64,000 nucleotides of DNA from Antedon mediterranea (GCF_964355755.1 NC_092670.1:36816388-36880387); one strand, 5' to 3'. Shown: positions 1-14,043, counted from the first letter of the stretch. The notes: generated from the letters alone by a model not told the origin. Numbers and translations are program-made.

Positions 1-1020
1 ATTATGTATGCAAACATTGATAAATAGGGTCAAGGGTCAATTGTTGTATTTCCGGTCATTTTTTCGTAAAATGTTTCATTGGAGCAAATATAAATATGTA
101 CATTCTGAACAAGTTTTTGAAAAAATCAACTCTCTACCTTAGCGGTTTTCGATACATATAGGAACCTGTAATTTCACCCCCTAATTTGCATATTTCATGT
201 AACTTGTACTAATAATTTGCATACTTTGAAGGTGAGTGATACAGGTGTGATTTTGAGATTTACTAAACATTCCTATGTTGGCTATTAGAAACCTGTATCC
301 GAGTCATTTGAGGGCAAAACAAAGTCTCTACAGACATTTTAGTTTTCATTATATATGCAATATTGAGAAATGGGGTCGAGGGTCAAATGTTATAGTTCCG
401 GGCATTTTTTTGTAAAATGTCTCATTACAGCAAATATAAATATATACATTTTAAATATTTTAGTGAAAAAATCAACACTCTAGCATTAGCGGTTTTCGAG
501 ATATGGCAACGGTGTAATTTCACTCCCTAATTTGCATATTTAATATTACTTGTACTACTAATTTGCATACTTTCGAGGTGCGTGACGAAGTTGTGATTTT
601 AGGAATTATAATACAGTTCTATGGTGAGTATTGAAACACAATATCCAAGTCATTGAGTCCAAAATAAAGTCTCTACAGACATTTTAATCACATATTTATG
701 TAAATATTGAGAAATGGGGTCAAGGGTCAAAATTTGGTACTTCCGGACATTTTTATGTAAACTGTCTCATTAGAGCAAATATAAATATATATATTCTGAA
801 CCCGACTGTGCAAAAATGAACTCTCTACGATTAGTAGTTTTTAAGATATGGTAACCCTGTAATTTCACCCTAATTTGCATATTTAAGCTAATTTGCATAC
901 CTTCGGGATGAGTGTCAGAGGTGTGATGCTCAAAAAATAATTACCTTATCATATGTAACCATTTAAAAAAAAAAAATCTCTGTTTGCAATTTGTTTCACT
1001 CAAAATGCTAGATTGACTAG
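1..1020. repeat. Diverged tandem array of ~345-bp units, probably internal to a non-autonomous transposon; runs off the left edge
   Basis: Anchor ggggtc(a/g)agggtcaa recurs at ~27, ~372 and ~716, each followed by the same downstream blocks and several taatttgcata motifs. The block ends ...gattgaCTAG at 1020, where homology to 15108+ begins. Confidence 0.7.
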
Positions 1021-2453
1021 CCTACAAAGGAAGCTGTTACAAAGAACATTGTAGTACCAGCCTCATGTTTACGGAATGTAGAATTCCTTCTTTTTATGAA
1101 TATTTAAGAAAATCGATATGTGGCCTGATGTGATTTATGTATAATTTTACATTCTATAGATCAGAAACTCTGAATGAATCAATACATGAATTACGATTTG
1201 AATCAAAACACATAGAAACTCAGATAATTACATCAAAGATCTATAACTAAAATTCTTTTATATTATAGGATCAGATTCACCATGGTATCCAGCGTTTATA
1301 CTAATTATCGTGAGATCGAGGTTCGAATCCAACTCCCGCCGCATTGCTTGTATCCTTAAGCAAGATTATTATCTGTTATTATATCGTTGTTCCGTTGTTT
1401 GTACTCTTCACTTGTGAGTGCAATCCCGAATAAACTGAATTTAACAAACAATGTGGGAAAGCCTTTTGCAATTTTATATTTTCCACTCAAAAGCAAAGTG
1501 CGCAAACTCGAGTACAGCACAGCACCTATTTGATTGGTGCTTATTTGAGTGTGTATTTTTTTTTATTATTCAGGCATAATTCCGGTGTTAAGTTCATAAC
1601 AGCATTGACCAGGCAACATTCTGACAACTTACGTAGTTTTGAAGAAATATTATTTTAAAACACAGACATTTTAGATTTTTAGTTTTGTTTATAAACTTTA
1701 TTCTCGATGATTGAAGTAAATAAATTTTACATTTGTTGTTAGTAAGTAACCTTTGATAATGTAAAGTATGAAAAAGAAATAGTCATACTGATGCGTTGGG
1801 TATTACATAACATACTTCATGATTACTGTCGCCATCGAATAGATATAAATAGTTTAAATACTACCATGTAAAAAACGATTGAAAATCTGGAAATTAGCAT
1901 GTAATGATTTATGTGATAAATGTATAAGCAAGGTTGAAACTGAAAAAACACATGTTATATAAATGCAGTGTAATTCAATGGACAGGGCTTAAATTTAAAA
2001 ATGTCATAGCTAAGAGCTTCTCAAACGAAGGCCCAATAACTTTGTCTACAATTATTACTGGATCAAATAACATAATTGTAAATGAATTGATTTCTTTATT
2101 TGTATTCTCTTTATATAAGTTGCATATATTAACAAAACCTGAAAAAAAGAGAAAACAACTATGAAAAAAAGATCTGGAATCTTTTTATTACTGAAGTAAA
2201 GCACTTAATTGAAAATGAGTTTATGTGCTACTACTTTAACGCTCAAGGTAAATTGGGAGATATAAAGGAAAATCTCCTTAAGTTAATGAAATAACAAAAT
2301 GCTATTTGTATCTCTTAAATACATAATATATATACCTAGTGACTATATTACGTTTAAGATGTCACGCGGGTATGAAGCGTCTGACATACACACAGAGTCA
2401 AAATATTCCCTTGGACTTGCACTTTGTATAGACTCTAACCTTACGGTTTTCAT

Positions 2454-2486
<33 letters not shown>

Positions 2487-2865
2487 TATATTATTCCCTT
2501 CTATCCATTCTAAACACACTTTTTTTCAAGTTTTTACATTCTTCGTTTTCATCTCATCAATTTTGGTCTTGGTGGTGAAAAGGGAAGATACTTTATATTC
2601 CTCCCCTGAGTTTATAGCCTCTCTACCCCAGACACGGACACGTACAGAATAAAACAACAATGACCACTTTTTCATGAGTAGGTTTTTTTTAAATCAATTT
2701 TTTGTCGTCATTTTATTACCATCTATATATTTTAACTAATTGTATTTTTTTAAAATGTAAATGAATGTAAATGTGGTTTCTTTTTTACATCAAAAAAATC
2801 TTAGCCTTTGTATATAATGTTTAAAAGATATATATATTTTTTTACATCAATTCTATACTTTATTT

Positions 2866-2960
2866 TCGGTCGTATGTACTTCAACATGCTCTTCTAAATG
2901 TCGCTTTGGATCCAGTTTGTAAATGTTTTTCACCGCCAATTGTTCTTCTTCTTCAACAAC
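2866..2960 (-). pseudogene. Degenerate fragment of the PSMD14 last coding exon
   Basis: gtacttcaacatgctcttctaaatgtcgctttggatccagtttg...caccgccaattgttc matches 30133-30202, with deletions; no full exon or reading frame. Confidence 0.8.
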
Positions 2961-3890
2961 TCAAATTTTAAAAAGAGGCCAAATGTCTACAGTAATGTTA
3001 AGAATGTATTCTTGCTAAATTCGATTTCTTGGTACCATAAGTCATAGACCTACTTTGCCTTTTCCGGGGCTAGGTTATTTTATATTTTATCAGTACACAA
3101 CACTTGAACTAAATTATTACATGCAATACAGTGCTAATCCATTATTAATGTAATGTGCACCCGGACATGCGGCTAATACATGAATCAAAACAGGAATATT
3201 ATGCACACCTCACCCCTGAAGAGATTAACAATGACCTCCAATGATAAGATATATAAGTAATTCATTAATGATTAATATTATTAAAAACATTTAAACTCAT
3301 CAGCAACATTTTCTTTGAAGAAGCAGTGAGTATTCTATAAATGCAATCATTTTTCATTGTTTTTAATTTTACCGATTATTTTAAACATGTATTTTACTTT
3401 TACCGTACTATTTTGTACTGACGTAACATAATCATGGACCTATACATTCGAAAGTTCATGGTTCAATTCTTGTATGATTTTCTACAGTTTTTTCACTTAT
3501 TACCTTTAAATTGTAGTTCACAATTGACCCAAACGGGCTTCGTATACAGAACCACTAGTAAGTTATAATTTAATCTAACATCTTCATCGTATTTTTTTTT
3601 TCTTAAATGCTTGTCAATGCTTGTCAATAATCAATATAGTATCAAAGAGTTTTTGCACACCGTTATTAGAAGTTTTCAATTTGTTAAAGTTGATTAGGTC
3701 ATAGATTTTAATCAAGCCTGAATCCTTTTTTTTAAATAAAAACACTGACAAAATTTAATTGGTTTTTAACACAATTTAAGTTGTTCAGGTTCATAATATA
3801 CGTTTTCTGTTTTCGAAACCCGAAACAGAGACTACTCCCGCTAAAATGTAGAAATTATATACATTAAAAAGGTGCTGTTCAGAATGTATG

Positions 3891-3938
3891 ATTGGGTCTC
3901 TGAGACCCCTTTATAAACCGCTTTCACCATTTTCAGTT
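3891..3938 (+). promoter_or_regulatory. Putative core promoter of lectin copy A
   Basis: ATTGG (reverse CCAAT) at 3891, TATAAA at 3912, TCAGTT Inr-like at ~3933. Non-coding exon donor GTAAGT at 4038 and acceptor at 4113. Conserved in copy B (~20734-20781). Confidence 0.55.
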
Positions 3939-4134
3939 GAGGTCTCTTATGTCGAGTTATCTGCTTTCGTTTCACTTGCGGATAGGATGAGAAAAATCTA
4001 AATTTAAATACACGGTGATGTATCTATACAGTTTAAAGTAAGTACAGGTATCCTCATTTATAGAGAAGCAAACACTTTTCTATAATTTATCGTAAATATT
4101 GTGAATTTTATAGGCATACTTATCGACACTCATA

Positions 4135-6557
4135 ATGAAGATGATGCTGTATATTGTGTTTATCGCAGCACTAATAGTGCCTACTATGCAGGCGACTTGT
4201 GGTTGTCCTAAATACTGGGTTCCTTACTTAAACAATTGCTACCGAATCTTTGCTGAAAAAGTAACTTGGGGTACAGCCGAAAGAAAATGCCGAAACTGGT
4301 GGGTATTTATGTGTTTGTTACTGTTAGAACTCTGAATTCTATAAAAGTAGATTAGGATGCACAAGTAAAACAACGGTGTTTGAAATTTGGTCGACACAAT
4401 CTTTGTAAATAATATTCCCATCATTTTTACCCACTCCAGATGCTTTATGCTTTTTGCCGATGACGGGGACGGGAGAATCACCACTCAAATTGCCATCCAT
4501 TATAACAATGTATTATAAATATCACCTTATAAAAAAAAATCCTTTGCAATTAAAGGTCAACCGTAGAGGGGACAAACGCAATGTTTTTTTTGTTGTAACA
4601 TTTTTCAAATACTGTATGTTTCAAATGTTTTGATTACCTTTCATAAGGGACCACCAGGATTGCATTCCCTTTTGAAAATAGCTTGGTTCTCACTAGCGAC
4701 GCAACGTAACGCAATCTACGCAACGTAAGAAAATTCTCTTCAAATCATTGTGTTTGCCCCCGCCTGCGTGAAATCAAACCTACGATGTTTGCAGAACTAT
4801 TACGTCGTCGGTTCCCACTTGTGATTACGCAATACATCACTTTGCGTCGATACGTCGCTGCGTTGCGTTCTAGTGGGAACCATGCTTAAGAGAATGTTGT
4901 CTGTTTCCCTAGTTGACGACAAATATACTTAGATCTATAATCTTAGTCAATAATGCTTTAGGTTTTTACTTTCATTGGCTAATAAAACTGGAACTCAAAA
5001 CTCACTACACAGACAGACCACAATTTTGATCAAGGGCATATCGTTAGTATGAGCCTCAATATGGTTGCTAGCCGGTGATAGTTTTTCTGTACAACTAATT
5101 GATATTATCTTCTTAAAAATATTTTCCTGTGCATATACTGTAGTAAAAAACCTGTTTATAATAATCTCCATCTTTCCAACGGCTGCATATATACACGAGA
5201 ATTAGCTCAACTGATTCTCTTCTTTGTGCGTCTAACTAACGAACGTAAACACATAAATATTCTCATTACAATTGGAACCTATTCATAATAAAACATAACA
5301 TAATATTAGAAAACAATAGACTGAAGTATAAAATGAATGGGACATCAAAAATCATTATTAGCAGCGGCAAGGGTCAGAGACTAATAGAACCAAGTCAATG
5401 CCAACTAATATAAAAATAATCAATGCTTTGGATGATTGTGTCTACTGTCAATGTCTCTTCCTTTTTTCTAATGAGAAATCAGGAATCAATCATGGTGGTC
5501 AAATCCTGGTGGTCACGTATAGAGATAATCAAAATTCTTTTGTAGAACTAGCTAATGACAAAAATCTTCACAGAATAGTGTCTGGAAGATAAATCTCATT
5601 AATGTAGAATATATTTAATGATAGCAATGAATATACTATTTTGGTGCACATGCTAGTGTTTAGAAAATCATGGTCATGGGTTCCAGATTAATATCTATTC
5701 AGTGGGTTGGTTGGTATGTACATATTCTTGATACTAGTTTAACTACTATGTTCTGATTGCAATGGGGATAAACAAAAGTGATAACCAATAATAAGATTTG
5801 TTAGACGCTTATCCACCAAAGTGCTCAAGGCGCCTGTGAAAAACCAATGGAAACTAATCCTTTACGATCAAACCTGGAGTTTTTCAATAATGTTCGTACA
5901 TTTCGTAACATTACTCTAGTAGAATATTTATGTATTTTATGTAAGATTTTTGTCTGTGTTTCCTTCTGTAAGTAGTGAACCTTGAGTTTACTGTTGGTTG
6001 GGAAATTTAAATAAAATAACTTTTTACAAAGAAAAGAGGTTTGAAATTGTACCGTGTCATTTCTGCACTCTCAATTTATTTGTTTTTAACTTCAACAGTC
6101 ATTAGGTCTCAACATTTATAATAATGGTAGGGGCATAATAGAAACCCTCTACATTTGTACTCATTTCTAGGCCTCTAGATACAAATCACAAAACTATAAA
6201 ATATACTTTTTTTTTATTAATCAAAGGGCTCGTAACGCACATCTCGTGTCCATCTGGAACAATGATGAAAACCAGTTTGTTTCAAGACTTTGGAATACAG
6301 CAACTCATGGATTGACAACCACCGATTCAGTTACCAGCTACTGGATCGGTTTGACCGACTCAACACACGAGGGTAGATTTTTATGGAGTGATGGCAACAG
6401 GTTTCCAACTTATATAAACTGGGATAGTGGTGAACCAAACAACTACAAAGGCAGAGAAGACTGTGCATCAGTATGGGACAAAAATAATTCCAAGGAGAAG
6501 TGGAACGATATCCCATGTTCATTCCGCCATGGTTATGTTTGCAAAGTTTCACAGTAA
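4135..6557 (+). CDS. Secreted single-domain C-type lectin, copy A (164 aa, EPN/WND mannose/GlcNAc-type motif)
   Basis: Exons 4135-4298 and 6227-6557 join in frame across a GT-AG phase-2 intron. Signal peptide, then CPKYW..CY, W..AE..C, AHLVSI, YWIGL, W.DG, NWDSGEPNN, EDC, WNDIPC, YVCK. Confidence 0.95.
4680..4886. mobile_element. Short TIR MITE (agcttggttc..ctag family)
   Basis: agcttggttctcactag ... ctagtgggaaccatgct inverted ends; related copies at 21507-21713, 8202-8550, 36810-37006 and 43326-43492. Confidence 0.7.
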
Positions 6558-6905
6558 AATTTTAAATAGGCTTAACATCATAGATTTTAGATCTTTTGAT
6601 TTTGACAAATTATAGGAATTAAAGATGGTTTTCTTTTTCATAAAGTTATAACACTTTTACAATTACCATGTGCGTGCAGATTATTCATGCAAGCCTAATT
6701 TATTTATTTTAAAATTAGGCTTAGGCCTACCAAGGCAATCTAACATCATTGCCTTTGGCCTACTAACAAAATGCAGGTATATCATCATTTATCATTTATG
6801 GTTCAAGATTTTGTGAGTATTATTAATTGATTGATACTTTTAAAATGTGTAGACCCACAGTTACACAACTCTAACAAGACAATAGTTAATGCTATATATC
6901 ACCTA

Positions 6906-7750
6906 AGCCCCTTTCTCACAGAGTTGTGTGCCAGGAATATTGCGGGAATATACCATTACCATGCCGGTATGGTTTTCTGTGAGAACGGGTCGTCTTGGCA
7001 TCGTGCCGGCACCATGCCGGCATCGACATGACCTGCTTTAGACCTAGTAATATTCTAGGGATATTCCCCGCAATGCCAGACGGGCATTCTGTGAGAACGT
7101 ATCGCCGTTATATTCCGGGGTTCCCCGTCGAGGCTTTGACACCTTGCGCAGTCAAGTGTATCACTTTGGCGCCTATTCAATTCAATTAACAATAATAATG
7201 TCGAACTGGAGGGATAATGAGATAAGAGAGCTGCTTAAAATAAGGGGACAAGAAGAAATTTGTAGCATAATCTATATAGGCCGCTTTACTTAGGCTAGGC
7301 CATTAATTAGCTCTTTGTTTGTTGGTGCCTGACCTTTCGTCGCCTTGCTTGTAAATTGTAGGCCTACAGCCTTCTAAGGTGTTTTACAGATTGCTGATGA
7401 CGGCAAATTAATTGCTATACCTGTATAATATATGCACAATATACTGTACATAGCATGTATTGCATAAATATGCTATAAAGGAAGATAATAATCTGTAACT
7501 TAACATTCGCCGCCATATCATCGCTAGACAAAAATAATAACATGACAATAAAGGACGCCCTCAATAATTATTTTGTCAGAGACTTTTTATTGGCCGAATA
7601 TGCCCGACTCCTTTCTCACAGAAAGCCGGTATATACCGGTTATATTTCCGGCACGATAGTCCGATGAGAATGGGTATATGCCGGTAACGATACCGGCACG
7701 ACGCCAGCACTGTACCGGTATATTGCAGGCACATCTGTGAGAAAGGGGCT
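6906..7750. mobile_element. PIF/Harbinger-like MITE in the lectin A 3' region
   Basis: TIR AGCCCCTTTCTCACAGA / TCTGTGAGAAAGGGGCT, flanked by 3-bp CTA repeats; absent at the paralogous site ~28870. Confidence 0.8.
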
Positions 7751-10700
7751 CTATTAATACATTCTCTTTGATTTACTAACGAAGTAGCCTAATAAATAAA
7801 TATGCATAGCATGTGTGTGTTTTGTAGTCCTTGTCAGTAGGATGGAAGGGACGGCATTGGAACCTCGACATTTCTTGAGTCTAAAATTTGGTTTCAGTGA
7901 TGGCACTAGGATTGTCCCGATATACGCGTCAAAGAAAACTAAAGCCTAAACAATAGTCAAGGTCATACATTATATGTGGCGGTACGGCTATGAGCGCTCA
8001 CTGGCTAAACCCATGGGCCCCGGAGCTTATAGGGGGTCCCTGAGCAGTGCCCAGAGGAAAAAACAAGGCTAAAACGCTCGAGGAGGGCTACGTAGGGTTC
8101 CTAATTCAGGGGCCTAGTCGTCATATGTACGGTACTCGATAGCGACGCTTAGTTTTCAAATTCAACTTTAGTGCGCGGCGTTTTTTGATCAATCATCTTT
8201 AAAGCTTGGTTGCCACTGGCGACGTAATGCAAGAAAATGTCATATATTTGGGTTTTGTTTTATAAACTCAAATAGATTTACATTCATTGTGAATAAACCT
8301 TTGATACTGTAAAATAGCCTATGTTGGTCTAAACAATAAATGGATGGTCCCATTCATACTGGTACATTGTGTAGTTTAAGCTTGGTTCAACGCAACGTAA
8401 GAAAATGTCCTTTCAATAATTGTGTTTTCCCCCGCCTGCGTGAAATCACACCGGCGATGTTTTCAGTATTGTTGCGTCGTCGGTTCCCACTTGTGATTAC
8501 GCAATACACTTTGTGTCGATACGTCGCTGCGTTACGTTACGTTCTAGCGGGTGCCACGCGTTACAGAACACAGTGTTCCACAGAATGACATATTTCATGA
8601 TTGCTGTTTTTTATCGCTATCAATTAGATATAAAATAATACATTTTTAATGAACTAATCGAAAAATGAAACAGACAATACGGTTACGGCTCGTCTAACGT
8701 AATTCATCTTTTGTCAGCATAGCTTTCACTTTACATACAGTAACACTAAAACTCTTCAGAGAATAGGGCTTGGCTTTAGTATTAAACCTATTATAGTAAC
8801 CCTCGTTTGTTTTATGATAAAGTTTCCTCTTAATGGGTGTCACATGAATAGAGGTTTCACAGAAGCTGAGTTATAATCTAGCAAATCTAAGTTTTTGGAG
8901 ACATAATGCTTTATTTCTACCATAAAAACAAAACGACATGAAAACGTGAAGCTTACAGTAGTTGAATTGTGTGCTTATTTGTACAGTTAGTTCCATATAG
9001 TTTAATTATAAGTTATTGAATGTTACAGCTACATTTAATGGTTTATTTGAAGACTACAGTATTTAACATAGACCCTTATCATTGTACAATATTTGCGGTC
9101 ATCAGTACTTCAACGTGTTCTTCTAAGTGTCGCTTTGGATCCGGTTTGCCAACGTTTTTCACTGCCAATTGTTCTGCTGTCATCGTATCTTCTTCTTCAA
9201 TGGACTAATACAGAAAAATAAATGCATAAACTTAACACAATTTATAATTAAATACTAGATATAGCTTTCGAACATGTAGTAAAATGCAAAGGAAGTGCAA
9301 ATAAATAATGAAATTATCATTTTAGGATCAAATAATGGTTTTGCATTTTTCACAGCAAAGAGTTGATGCGTAAATTGTTAAAAACAAAAAACTGTACTGT
9401 AGCTGTCTGGTACCACGTTGAACAATTAAGAGCCATTGTCTGTAAGAATCAAAGAAATATCAAAAAGAGTGGCAGACTAAAAAAAATGGATTTCTTTCAA
9501 ATTTTGCACATGGCTATATATGTGTTGAGAGAAATCAAATATGAATTATTTTTTATTTCACACGTATATTTCCATGGCAACGGCCAAATTTGTGTTTTTG
9601 ACAAATTTTGTCCTTTTTTAATGTTTTTTAAAATGGATATTGGTACTACTTTGATGAACGATATTTTTGTTTTGTTCATTTAATTATAAAAACTAATTAG
9701 TGTAGGCCTATGCATAATAACAATGCATTGTGTACCTGTTTCAAATTTTTTTATTTTTTTTATTTCATACTTTGGGAGATACCATTTATTTAAATTGTTC
9801 AATGCAACTAAACTTTACTTCACCTTAACGCCCAAAGTGGTGTATTTTTTTAGCTGATTTATTACAAATAGGTAGTTCTAATGTTTAATAATTGATTTCT
9901 AAAATAAAATACTGGGGTAAATTTAAAATCTACAAGCAGTATTGCGAGAAACATAGGTATTTAAAAAAAAAAAAAAACATGGTATATTAGTATAAACATT
10001 TTATTTTCTTTGATTATTTGATTTGAAACTCATTGGTCAGAAAAATTCCTAATGTTTTATATAGTTCTAGTTGTGTTGTGAGAAAAAAAAAATATTTTTA
10101 ATTATAGATTCTGTAATTCCCAGTTTTAATGTCATTTTATAGGTTATATCCTCTGGAAATTTGAATAAATTATCAGATCGTTGTGAATTTTAATTTTTGC
10201 AACAGATTACTCCTCTCTTATTTTGAAGCTCCTCTTTCATTTGTTTACTTCTTTTATTTGCTAACCTAAGCAGATCCCACATGCCTATCCACCACCACTT
10301 TCGACTACGACGCCTCCCCCCCCCCCCTCCCAACCCCGACTATCACCATAAAAAGATAAACTGCAACACTTTGGTCGATCATCCACTATAGAGTGTCAAA
10401 TGCATGCATTCAACCACCACCCACACTGCCGCTACTATCGCCCCAATGATTAGACGGATTCAAACTATTCCATCCCACCCCCTCCCCCTTTCTCCAAGCC
10501 CCCACCCACCCCAAGTTAAAAATTGCAATGCAAAAGATAGGACATAAAGTTAAGTTTTTAGACCCTCGCCTTCAACCCCCTAACTATTTAAAAGTCCTGG
10601 ATCCACCACTTTCCCCTCCCCAAAATAGAACCAATCAAAAGTCAATGATATACTCAGGTATGTTAATGCTACATAACAAATATTGAAGCCCTGATTTGAA

Positions 10701-12034
10701 ATTTCATTTCATTTAAGGTCAGCATGTAAAATATCACACTTTATTATTAAATATTGGTTTTAAATTCTATATTTTTTTTACTGTGATGGTTGGATTCAGT
10801 ATTAATTATTAATTAATAATTATCTGATAATTATTTAATTTCCCTTAGTTATGCATAGCAACAGTTACTATGGTAACTAAAAATGAGATATTCTTTAGAT
10901 TTTGCATATTTATCTCATACAAATTTAAATTTGTAGATTATTAGCAGGCATGCCTTATTTGCATTTTCAAATTACCGTTTCACAAGGTCATATTCGTAAG
11001 CGCTTAATTTCTTCTGTGAATATTTTTATTCATGAAAACCCCATATTTTATTTACAGCGGCCACCTCCCTTAACGGACGCACTTTGAAAAGCCTGTTTGT
11101 TCTTCCTATCTAATTAGTGCATTTGGTGCTTACCGTAAGCAGCTGCGGGCACCTTTTTATACTAAAAATGAGATTTTTTGTATGCGGCCAATCGAAAAAT
11201 GTGATACTTATTGCATGGACCTATGAATTAGAGGTGCATGTTTATTGTATTTCTTTATATATTAGCTTTATTTTGAAGAGGTTTTAAAAACATTACTGTG
11301 AAGAGATGAGAAAACTACACAGATTTTGACCGACCATTTTTCATATGATAAAAGTTTTTAAAATTTGTCTGAAAATGCTAAAAAATACTAAACCACCTGA
11401 TTATAAATAATAATAGGCCTACAATTAGCTGGAAAATTGAGAGGCTCGTTTCGTTAAGAATATCGTATATAGCCATAATAAGTGATTTTGGCCCTTTATC
11501 GGCAGAACCTCCCGTAAGGGGTCACCGCCCGTAAGCGGCCACTTTTCCAGGTCCCGAGGGTGGCCACTTACGGGAGGTTCAACTGTATTTAAAAAAACAA
11601 TTATCCTTAGTTATGCATAGAAACAGGTTCTAAGATAACATAAATAATACATTTTGACATAACTTGACCCAACAAATGACCCTTTCACAAGGTCAGACAT
11701 TTTCTGGGATTCAGTAGATAAGTAAATTTGGGAAAAGGTAGTAAAGCTATGTAATCAATTGTTTGTAGTCATGAAACCCCATATTAAAAATATTGTACTT
11801 AGTTACGTATAGAAACAGTTGCTACAATACACTAGGCCTATAGATAAAATGTTGATGTCATTTGACCTCAATATGTAAAATTTTTTTTTTTCATGAAAAC
11901 TCCATATTTAATTTTTTTTTAAATATCATTAGTTACGTAAACAGGTTTAAGATAACACTACTGTAAAGGTCATTTTTTTTTACCTTTATTCAGATTCGTC
12001 AAGACTTTCTTTCTGAGATTATTAGGATTCAGTA

Positions 12035-12480
12035 TCTGTATATATATTTACGTAAGGGCAAAATTCGGTAAATCGCGCCTTACATTTAGAATTTTTACTC
12101 GATGGTATGTAAAGTTGGTTCGTACTTTCGGTAATGATTTTAACCACCTGATGTAACCCTGTTTACTAATTATTAAATTAAGTTAGATAATTAGTTATTG
12201 ACGATTAAAACGAATTTAAGTTCAACGATTTGCCCCAGATAGGGGTGTTTTCCGATCGTGGTATACACTGTCTAATGGATGTCCATCTTGAAAAATACCC
12301 GCCACAAAAATGCGAGGAGGCTTCGCATTTTCCTATCTCCTCCTACGATAATTGTTTTTAATAGCTGAAAACCGGTTGAACAGCTGGAGTACAGCATCAT
12401 AATGTTGAAGACAGGCCGATTTTCTTTAAAAAATACTATTTTGATAGATTTAATATACGATTATACAAATGTATTGATTT
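12035..12480 (+). mobile_element. 5' part of the same non-autonomous Helitron family as 17787-19241
   Basis: Reverse-complement match to ~18800-19241; begins A|TC. Confidence 0.7.
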
Positions 12481-12777
12481 CATTATAAGGCAGAATATAT
12501 TGCACATATTGCTTTAAAAAATAATTATTTTCCTTATAATGCAGGATATATATTTTTTTAAAGTACTCCCTTAAAACTATACATGATGATTCATACCTTA
12601 TTATAGTTTTTGGCAAGTTCCAGCATTTCCTTTACTGTTTTCTCATTTACACTACAATGCTCACTGTTGTCTGTCAACATCAAACCATCAGTCCAACTCT
12701 TTTTATGTAAATTTAACAACATCTGTAACATAACATGAAATATATATATAAATCCAAAGGCAAAATACTGAATAAAT

Positions 12778-13890
12778 GACAATGCTGTGGGTATCAGTGG
12801 CTGGATCTCAATGGAGATACAAAAAAAAAGAGAAAAGCCAAATCAAAACGATAAAGTAAAACAGCCAGAAAAGTTAGCAAAGCTTTCGGGCAACACTAGA
12901 TCTTCATCAGTGCAAGTGAAGGAATTTAGATAACGTCATAGTATAAGAACTGGCAAGTGCTGCCTGGGTGGACAGGAATAAAAGAAATACAACAAAAGGA
13001 GGGTGTGATGGGTGGAGTCTGAATAAGAGTAGAAAACAAAGAAGGTAGCTTGGTAGAGATATAAACAATTTTGGAATGAAACTAAAAAAACTGCTTAAAT
13101 GGTGGTTAATATTAAAACTTAAATTTTGGTAGTCAATAGAATAATTTTACCAATCTGGGAGTATGTTCCTAATGTTAAGTTCAAAAGGTTTTGTGGTTTA
13201 AGTTGTAATTCCCAGTGTTTTTTCCCTCCATTTGACATCATGGTCTATTGCAATAACTATGAAATTTGCAATCGAGTGACCAGCTGAATTAAAATGTTCG
13301 GCTACGTTTTGATAGCTGATCTGTGTTGTGTCATTCTCATACGGAGAATTTGTTTGTTTCCCCGACGTACTGTTTGCCACAAATATTACAGTATATGAGA
13401 CAAATGACATTTTTGGTTAGACAATTAATTGATTGTCTTATCCGAAAAATTCAGCCAGTTTGGTTACTCCTAAATTTTTCAGTAGAATCAGCCAATTAAC
13501 AAAATTTGCCGCAAAGGTGACTGTCCAAATTTTGGCTGTTATGAGAGTTGATTTCACTCTTAAATTTGGATCTGACTAATATATCACGAAGGTTGGGAGG
13601 TCTACGAAATGCAATGGGTGGTTCTGGTAAAACAGTCTTGAGACGTTCTGTAGACTGTAGAATGGCCATACGTTTCTCAATAATAGCCCGTAATGGAGGC
13701 AACCTATGGTGATAGGTTGTGACCAATGGCACTCTGGTCGAATTTGGCGGACGTGGTTTGTACGTCAGTGTTTGACATCGAGGAATATCTATTCGATGTC
13801 CGGTTAGTTCTTCGGTACGATTCTAAAAATCTAAATCTGAAGAACAGATACATCTGATACGTAATGCTTGACTGTACGGTATGTTTTTAG
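12778..13890 (-). mobile_element. Decayed Penelope-like retroelement (3' part of ORF plus pseudo-LTR)
   Basis: Fragmented translations NIPYSQALRIRCICS, PLVTTYHHRLPPLRAII...PPIAFRRPPNLRDILVRS and VAEHFNSAGHS, typical of the Penelope RT C-terminus/linker and GIY-YIG region. Terminal repeat 12778-13047 is also found at 38867-39135. Confidence 0.85.
12874..12915 (-). ncRNA. Minimal type I hammerhead ribozyme motif (mutated)
   Basis: Minus strand TTGCA-CTGATGA-A-GATCTAGTGTTGCCC-GAAA-GCTTTGC in the Penelope pseudo-LTR; stem II and the cleavage base deviate from sister copies. Confidence 0.7.
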
Positions 13891-14043
13891 TACATATATA
13901 TAATAATTAATTAAATTTCAGTATATCACCGGGTGGTTTAGAATTACTGTTCTTTGCCTGAGGACTAGTTGTGTTCCAACCGTACCACGCCGAGAATGTT
14001 AAAGGGTCGTTATCCGATCGAGTTAAAGAACAATACCATGAAA

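Noticed and set aside
8340-8588. Duplicated ORF MDGPIHTGTLC... (also 29440-29703)
   Set aside because: Overlaps a MITE remnant; the two copies diverge in frame at the 3' end.
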